Of a DNA stretch of 64,000 bases, positions 10,601-17,240 are shown in pieces. Source of the DNA: Obrimoposthia wandeli (Eukaryota); NCBI GenBank assembly GCA_977020255.1, contig CDROCS010000774.1:372001-436000 (forward strand), read 5' to 3'. The translations under genes and the position numbers were made by a program. The stretch's first letter is position 1. Each line of letters opens with the position of its first letter. The notes beneath the pieces were generated by a model. That model was given only the letters and a program-made list of their open reading frames with translations, made no database searches and had not been told where the DNA came from.

Positions 10601-13600
10601 GATTGAACATTCTTTCACTTCTACTTGTACTTTATCAACATCCTGATACACAAAGTAGTTTTCAACACCTTGAACTTCTAGTTTTGACGGTTGTGATTCT
10701 GGACAGTCTTCGCTGTCAAGCAGTGAATACTTTTGTCCCATCTTTGGTATGCTACAGTCATATGCTATCAATCCTGATGCCTGTTGCATTCCCATAAACA
10801 TTACTAACATCATCATCATCATTGTGGTGGACATATTTGGTTGATTGTTTCTCTCTTTCGGACGGTATTGTTTATTTTCCTTTTGACGATTCTCATGACA
10901 TTGTTCGTCATCGTCTTCATTCATTTCCAAAATGGTTTTAGCGTAGTCACTTAATTTTGCCCAACCTCCGTTTTCGTCAATTCGTCTCTGTAATACATTC
11001 TCTATCAAATACATCGCTTCATTTATTCCTTGTTTGACTTCGTGAGGTTGGCTCGTTCGTTCCGTCAATTGGAAACATAGATATGTGATCGCTGTAATTA
11101 ACTTTTTATTTGTAGTCTGGTTTCCACATAGTCTCGCTAAAACTTCACCGTCATAAAATCTATCTATCGATGCATGGTATACATGATTCGCGGTCATTCT
11201 CTTTACTGCAGACATCTGTGATCTGACTGCTTTAGTCAAATTGTCTGTTATATCGGTTGTTTCATCTCTGTACATTTTAAACAACTTCGGCTTCACTTGC
11301 CTGAGAATTCCCGTAAGTATATCTTTACTACTTGGAGTTTCCGAATTCATATCACCTCTGATATCTTCATTCCTCTCTGCACTATACTGCTCTAATGACG
11401 CTGCTAACTGTCCAATACTTAGATGTCTCTCTTCATCAGTTTGTGGTGCTGTTAGAACATTTCGTAATATACTTTCGCCTTTTCTAGGTCTTCCAGGTCC
11501 TCTTCGAAAATACTGATACTCAGTTTGATCCTCTCCTGGATCATACGTTTCACCATTATACTGTATCTCTTGACTTGGTCCTTCTTCATGGCCAATCTCT
11601 TCACTTTGTCGCATCATTTGCTCTGCTTGTCTATCTTTGTATGCGGCATGCCAAATTGGTGAATCCAAATCTACAATCTCGGAGACTTCGTCTTCTCCTA
11701 CTAGTTGGGTTACGGTTTCGTTTTGTCTCACTTGGTTAGCTGTATCCGTGACTTCATCTTGTCTGATTGGAATTATATCTGGTTCTGGTGGCACCTCGAC
11801 CACTGGAGTTGTCAACTCATTTTCTAAATTCATGTCTTGTAATTCAGCTACGTACGGTTCTGGTGTGGATGTCTTGTTCCAAGCTTCAGCTACATCATTA
11901 TCTCCGCTTTCGCTTGAACTGTCTAAAATTTCTATAGGCGTTTTTATCATTTCTAACGCAGAATTCAATATCTCGGATAATCCTTCATTATCTACTAACT
12001 CTTGACGTCCTACAGTGATGACATCAATTTTTTCCTCTAATTCATTTCCTATCGGATATCCACACTCGACTGGTACGTCCTCATCATCTAGTGATCTCCC
12101 TTTATAATGGAACAACATATTCATTCCATCAATTTCAAGTTTCTCGGCCAACTTTTTCCGAATCGTTTTCATTGTTTGATACACGTTAAGTTTTTCATGT
12201 ATTATCTGTCCGGAAATTAATCGAAGTGAAATTTTCATCGTTCCTTTTTGGTTTGATCTCTGTACATAACGACCATAACCTTTCAGTAGTCCTCGGGGTA
12301 CTTCTTTGTAACCCAAGTTATCATGACTATGTTTAACCAATTCTGCACGCACTTCTTCCAATCGGTGCACTTTAATTGTTTGCAATTTGGCCAAAACTTC
12401 TGGAGCTTCACTCGTTTCATCTAACGGTTGATTCAACGTCTCCTTAGCTTCACTAATTATCTTTTTTACATCTTCCATACTCGTAGCATTTCTCGCTGCT
12501 TCCACATGATCAGTCATAGGTTGTGCGTTACACGTTTTCTCTATTGGTGTCTCATACGCTTCTAGTATTCTATTCATTAAATCATTCATCTCTTCTCTCG
12601 AGTGTAGACTTTTCTCTTGTTTCGACAACGTAGATGAATTCGCCATCTTTGTATGTGGTGAATCTTTAATTATTCCCAACATTCGTTCAAATTTACTATC
12701 ACTATCTTCAAAATCTATTTCGCGTCGAAGCTCGGTCTCGCGATTCCTATCACTGTCATCGCTTACATAACTAAAATTTCCTTTCGGTTTCGGCGAACTC
12801 TCTCGACTATTTGTCTTGTCGACATTATTATTATTATATCTACCAGAATTATTATATCTCTCAGCTCCTTGCTGTCCTACGTAATTATTGTATCTCTCAG
12901 CTCCTTGCTGTCTGTCTGCATAGTTATTGTATCTACCTGGTGACTGTTGTCTATCTGTATACTGATTATTCAGTCTCCATGGCTGTGGAGTATATCCACC
13001 ACCTCTATTCCATGGCGGAGGTGAATTATATCCTCTATAATTATTTCCAAAATTATTATTACCGAAATTATTATTTCCAAATCTGTTAGCTCCGAACTCT
13101 TTACTTCTCGTACAATCTCTCGAATAGTGACCCATTTGTTTACACGTGTAACACATTATTCTCCCTCGAATATCTATCTTATTTTGTTCATCTTCGAACT
13201 GTACTCGACGACTATTCTGTCTATTATCATAGCGTCCTCTAAAATCATTTCTTCGGAAATTCGATTCAAAACCGCTTCCTCGATTATTGAATCTTCCGTC
13301 ACTATTTCCTGCATTATTTCCAAATCGAGAGTCACTTCGCTCTCCTCTGTTGGCGTTATAATTCCTATCGTCTCCTCTCCAAGGTTGGCGATTTCCGGAA
13401 TTATCTCTATTAAATCTATTCCTGGAATCATCTCTATTTCTATTCCACGAATCATTATTATTTCTACCTCTTGAATCATCTCGATTCCTGTTCCAAGACT
13501 CACTATTATTTCTACCTCTTGAATCATCTCGATTCCTACTTCGGAAATTATCTCTATTTCCGTTACTGGATTCATCTACTTTTTCAAACTTATTTTGTCC

Positions 13601-14434
13601 ATAATTTCGATTCTGAAAATTACTCGGTTCTGTTTTATTCACGAAGACCTTTGTCTTATCGTCGTCACCTGCAGTCATTGCGTAGATTGCCAATGCTGCA
13701 TTATTTTTTATATTTTTCTCAATCTCTCTCGCCTTTCGTACGGCGTTATCAAAATCATTTGTATCCGATACTGCTAATAACACTTTAATATCCTTTTTCA
13801 ATCCTCCTCTAAATATATCTAACAAGACCTCTGCCATTTCATTTTGGTTCCGGTCATTTTCCGCTGCTTGTGCTTCTGGAGCTACAGGATTACCGTCCTG
13901 ATTTCTCATTATTCTTCTTGGGTACGCTCTTGCGGCCAAGGTTCTCAAAACATACGCGTATTCATTCACGCCTTCATCATGTTTCTGTTTCCGTTCTCTC
14001 ATGAGTCGCTTATTTACTTTGGCTAAGTCTCCTAATACCAATTTTCCAATAAAAGCATTTTCCAACGTTGGCCAGTCTAAACGTTCTGCTTCTGTCAAAT
14101 GTTTATACACTTCAAGTGCTAATCCGGTTAAATGTGCCTGTACTCTGACACATTTTTCTCTATCGTTCCATCCTTGAACATCTGCACAACTCGAATATTC
14201 TGCGAGGAAGTCACAAATACTTTCCTCATCTCCTTTAAACTTTGTAATCTGCAATGATCCTGAAAAATTGGGTCTCAACGTCGCATTTAAAGCTTGTGCC
14301 AACTGCTCGGCATTCATTTCACCTACATTATTTCCTGCATTAATATCTGGTGGAGCTCCTTGGTGAGCCATATCGTCAATTATATCGTCTTCAATTATTC
14401 CTTCAATATTATTTACTTGAACTTCTTCAATCAC
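3905..14434 (-). CDS. Gag-cargo-Env-Pol polyprotein (3509 aa in ORF track; first ATG at 14371; true C-terminus continues past frameshifts at ~4069/4046)
   Basis: Uninterrupted 10.5 kb ORF with recognisable Gag, Ubl, Bcl-2-like, glycoprotein, two proteases, BIR/RING, RT, RNase H and integrase motifs. Confidence 0.95.
   Translation of the reverse strand: [3509 protein letters not shown]
4920..5290 (-). other. RNase H (Ty3/Gypsy type)
   Basis: [50 protein letters not shown]. Confidence 0.95.
5560..6245 (-). other. Reverse transcriptase (Ty3/Gypsy type)
   Basis: [69 protein letters not shown] (YIDD at 5705-5716), FLGHIVS. Confidence 0.97.
6700..6985 (-). other. Retropepsin aspartic protease 2 (canonical Pol position)
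   Basis: [15 protein letters not shown] (DTG at 6923-6931) and ILGMDVL motif. Confidence 0.9.
7100..8075 (-). other. Inhibitor-of-apoptosis module: BIR1, degenerate BIR2, C3HC4 RING
   Basis: BIR1 (7860-8075): MARSGL..VRCVWC....[21 protein letters not shown]. BIR2 (7500-7690): LAKKGLF....DVIKCHKC...HHEFCEF. RING (7100-7215): [36 protein letters not shown], typical of IAP RINGs. Confidence 0.9.
8330..8615 (-). other. Retropepsin aspartic protease 1
   Basis: [22 protein letters not shown] (DTG at 8558-8566) and C-terminal VMIGMDVI motif. Confidence 0.85.
8980..10834 (-). other. Chuvirus-type envelope glycoprotein (signal peptide, Cys-rich ectodomain, C-terminal TM)
   Basis: Signal [21 protein letters not shown] followed by [15 protein letters not shown], C......[21 protein letters not shown], CQL.....[21 protein letters not shown]..R....C..EL.[9 protein letters not shown] and TM [22 protein letters not shown]. 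This motif series is the one I recognise from Jingchuvirales glycoproteins and their retroelement captures. Confidence 0.85.
10935..11325 (-). other. Bcl-2-like domain (BH3-, BH1- and BH2-like segments)
   Basis: [24 protein letters not shown] is in register with Bcl-2 [35 protein letters not shown] resembles [25 protein letters not shown] resembles LHTWIQDNGGWDAF (BH2), with BH1-BH2 spacing within about 2 residues of Bcl-2. Confidence 0.65.
11477..11506 (-). other. AT-hook motif
   Basis: [10 protein letters not shown] matches the (K/R)-G-R-P-R-K AT-hook core. Confidence 0.65.
12010..12238 (-). other. Ubiquitin-like domain within the polyprotein
   Basis: [52 protein letters not shown] aligns gap-free by eye to ubiquitin residues 1-52 (M.I......G..I........T......K...K..I..........G..L.D). 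There is no C-terminal di-Gly. Confidence 0.75.
13110..14371 (-). other. Gag region with retrotransposon-gag core and CCHC zinc knuckle
   Basis: [32 protein letters not shown] and [19 protein letters not shown] (gag core / major-homology-like region). [14 protein letters not shown] = CX2CX4HX4C at ~13113-13157. Confidence 0.9.
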
Positions 14435-14807
14435 TTCTGGATTGGCAACTTCAATCCCCTCTGGGTTTTGAACTTCAATATTATCAATTTCTTCTGGGTT
14501 TATGTCACCAATTAACTCAGTCAGATCAAAACTATCGGTTGAAACTGCTGATTGATTTACGTCTCTTTCTGATACGTTTTCTTCGACTCTAGTCTTTTCT
14601 GTTACTTTGTTATCTGTTTGGGGAACCTGTTCAATTCGGTTAACTTTATTATTATTTGTCTCTTCCTTGGGAATCTGGCTTTGTCTTCTAGTATTAAACG
14701 CGGGTCCTTTTCTATTATCCGTTGTCTTATCAATTATGTATTCGTTTACGATATCAATTTACTTATTATTTTTATCTTATTTCACAATTCTTATTTTACG
14801 ATTTTTT

Positions 14808-15010
14808 ATCTCTTTAATTAGTTCGAGGACAGAGTCTCCCGACTTAACCTATTCAATTAATTACTTCGAGTATCAATCCACTCGATTCTCACTTTATCAA
14901 ATTTATTTACGATTTTATCTTTTTAATTAGTTCGAGGACAGAGTCTCCCGACTTAACTTATTCAATTAATTACTTCGAGTATCAATCCACTCGATTCTCA
15001 CTTATAAAAT
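14808..15010. repeat. Two tandem copies of a ~109 bp unit in the element leader
   Basis: gttcgaggacagagtctcccgacttaac at 14821 and again at 14930. Confidence 0.9.
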
Positions 15011-15016
15011 TTACTG

Positions 15017-15360
15017 ACTCGAGGAACAAATCCACTCGACTTCTCAAAACTTATCAAATTCTTAACTTCGAGGAACAAATCTACCCGATTTCTCAAAAAC
15101 TTATCAAATTCTTAACTTCGAGGAACAAATCTACCCGATTTCTCAAAAACTTATCAAATTCTTAACTTCGAGGAACAAATCTACCCGATTTCTCAAAAAC
15201 TTATCAAATTCTTAACTTCGAGGAACAAATCTACCCGATTTCTCAAAAACTTATCAAATTCTTAACTTCGAGGAACAAATCTACTCGATTTCTCAACACT
15301 TATCAAATTCTTAACTTCGAGGAACAAATCTACTCGATTTCTCAAAAACTTATCAAATTC
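15017..15360. repeat. 50-bp tandem array (6 full copies plus 1 degenerate) in the leader
   Basis: cttaacttcgaggaacaaatctacccgatttctcaaaaacttatcaaatt recurs at 15061, 15111, 15161, 15211, 15261, 15311. Confidence 0.95.
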
Positions 15361-15645
15361 TTCTGAAACTTATTCTCAATTGTCTATATTCTTCTGCTGA
15401 AACTTATTCTCAATTTATCTGAACTTATTCTCAATTTATCTGAAACTTATTCTCAATATCTGAAACTTATTCTTAATATCTGAAACTTATTCTTAATATC
15501 TGTAACTTATTCTTAATATCTGTAACTTATTCTTAATATCTGTACTTATTCTATTTACCTGAAACTTATTCTCAATTATCTGAAACTTATCCGAACTTAT
15601 TCTATTTACCTGAAACTTATTCTCAATTATCTGGAACTTATCTAC
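15361..15645. repeat. Degenerate ~20-bp tandem array (ctgaaacttattctcaat...) in the leader
   Basis: More than ten diverged copies of tctga(a/t)acttattct(c/t)aat are visible. Confidence 0.85.
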
Positions 15646-15670
15646 GTGAATTCGCTGTGTCCGACGAGCT

Positions 15671-15689
15671 ATCCTCACTCGGGGCACCA
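15671..15689 (-). promoter_or_regulatory. Primer-binding site complementary to the 3' end of elongator tRNA-Met
   Basis: Plus strand ATCCTCACTCGGGGCACCA vs metazoan elongator tRNA-Met 3' end AUCCUCACACGGGGCACCA (18/19, recalled sequence). It lies 8 nt inside the LTR end. Confidence 0.8.
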
Positions 15690-16178
15690 CTTTAATATGT
15701 TGGGGTTTCTATACGAAACTTTGTATAGATCCTCTTAATGTGCGGAGGGCCCCAACGTGAGTTCGATTAGAAGCAGGTCTTAAAGTTGGTCGTGGCCTAC
15801 TTAGTGTTATGGTTGCCTAATCTCTTGTACTATCTGAAGGTATTTGATTAGATGCCTCTTAGTCTGAAGGGTGCAAAACAACTTGTTCTAATGTAGGAAA
15901 TTGTTTATTTGAAATTCACGTAACTAACACAACAATACGTTTATGTACGTATTTCTAAAAAGTATGATAAAATTCCTAAAGGACTTCTGTAAGTCTCTAC
16001 AAGAAGTGGGGATGAACCACGTATCGATTTTACGTTCAGGTGATTAAGCTTTTAGGTTTATTCTTCTTACTTAGGTTGGTTAATCTATAACGCAACTCTC
16101 TTAAATTTCTTTGCTCCTACTTCTTATCTCTAGATAAAGTTTCTTGGTTCTTTAACTCTATCTGCTGTGTGTTTGACC

Positions 16179-16585
16179 CCGAATTGTCCACTGTGAACAA
16201 TGGGTCTCCTAAAAACCTAATTGTCGAGATGACAATGAAAAACTTACTCCTAATTGTCAACTATGGACAATGAACGAGCCGAATTGTCAGCTAGGGACAA
16301 TGAGTCTTACCGAATTGTCAACTAGGGACAATGAGTATTTATCCGAATTGTCAACTAGGGACAATGAATCTTACGGGCAAAAAGTCTGGGTATGATTCCT
16401 AATTGTCGCTGGGGACAATGAATAAATGGCTGATCTTAATTACCAACTAGGGGCAATGATTTAGTTAAAGAGTCGGAAATCCTAATTGCCAGCTAGGGGC
16501 AATGAATATGTTTAAAATATGTTAAACAACCTAATTGCCAACAAGGGGCAATGAATTTATCCTAATTGCCAACTAGGGGCAATGA
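16179..16585. repeat. 11 interspersed ~25-bp palindromic units within the LTR
   Basis: CC(G/T)AATTG(T/C)C-N5-7-G(A/G)CAATGA cores separated by variable spacers. Confidence 0.9.
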
Positions 16586-16653
16586 ATGGTTTAGTTGGTG
16601 TTCTTACCTATATGTTACTCGAGATTCCGGTACAGGATCCGTATGTAGCTTGG

Positions 16654-17240
16654 GAGAATGGCTTATTTTCTCCTGATCGCAAATATAGATTGAGAATGGC
16701 TTATTTTCTCCTGATCGCAAATATAGATTGAGAATGGCTTATTTTCTCCTGATCGCAAATATAGATTGAGAATGGCTTATTTTCTCCTGATCGCAAATAC
16801 AAATTGAGAATGGCTTATTTTCTCCTGATCGCAAATACAAATTGAGAATGGCTTATTTTCTCCTGATCGCAAATATAGATTGAGAATGGCTTATTTTCTC
16901 CTGGTCGCAAATACAAATTGAGAATGGCTTATTTTCTCCTGGTCGCAAATATAGATTGAGAATGGCTTATTTTCTCCTGATCGCAAATACAAATTGAGAA
17001 TGGCTTATTTTCTCCTGATCGCAAATACAAATTGAGAATGGCTTATTTTCTCCTGATCGCAAATATAGATTGAGAATGGCTTATTTTCTCCTGATCGCAA
17101 ATACAAATTGAGAATGGCTTATTTTCTCCTGATCGCAAATACAAATTGAGAATGGCTTATTTTCTCCTGATCGCAAATATAGATTGAGAATGGCTTATTT
17201 TCTCCTGATCGCAAATATAGATTGAGAATGGCTTATTTTC
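16654..17240. repeat. 38-bp tandem array, 15 full copies plus a partial copy, within the LTR
   Basis: gagaatggcttattttctcctgatcgcaaatatagatt from 16654 to 17224, i.e. (17224-16654)/38 = 15. Variant copies carry tacaaatt or ctggtc. Confidence 0.97.

Noticed and set aside
367-14930. Numerous short + strand ORFs opposite the polyprotein
   Set aside because: Antisense shadows of a codon-biased long ORF, with S/F/L-rich composition and no motifs.
15493-15690. 65-aa ORF starting in the PBS
   Set aside because: Its sequence is just the translation of the ~20-bp tandem repeat.
16179-16585. CRISPR-like look (palindromic repeats with unique spacers)
   Set aside because: Eukaryotic LTR context, spacers too short and irregular (about 6-30 bp), repeats drift along the array, and no cas genes.
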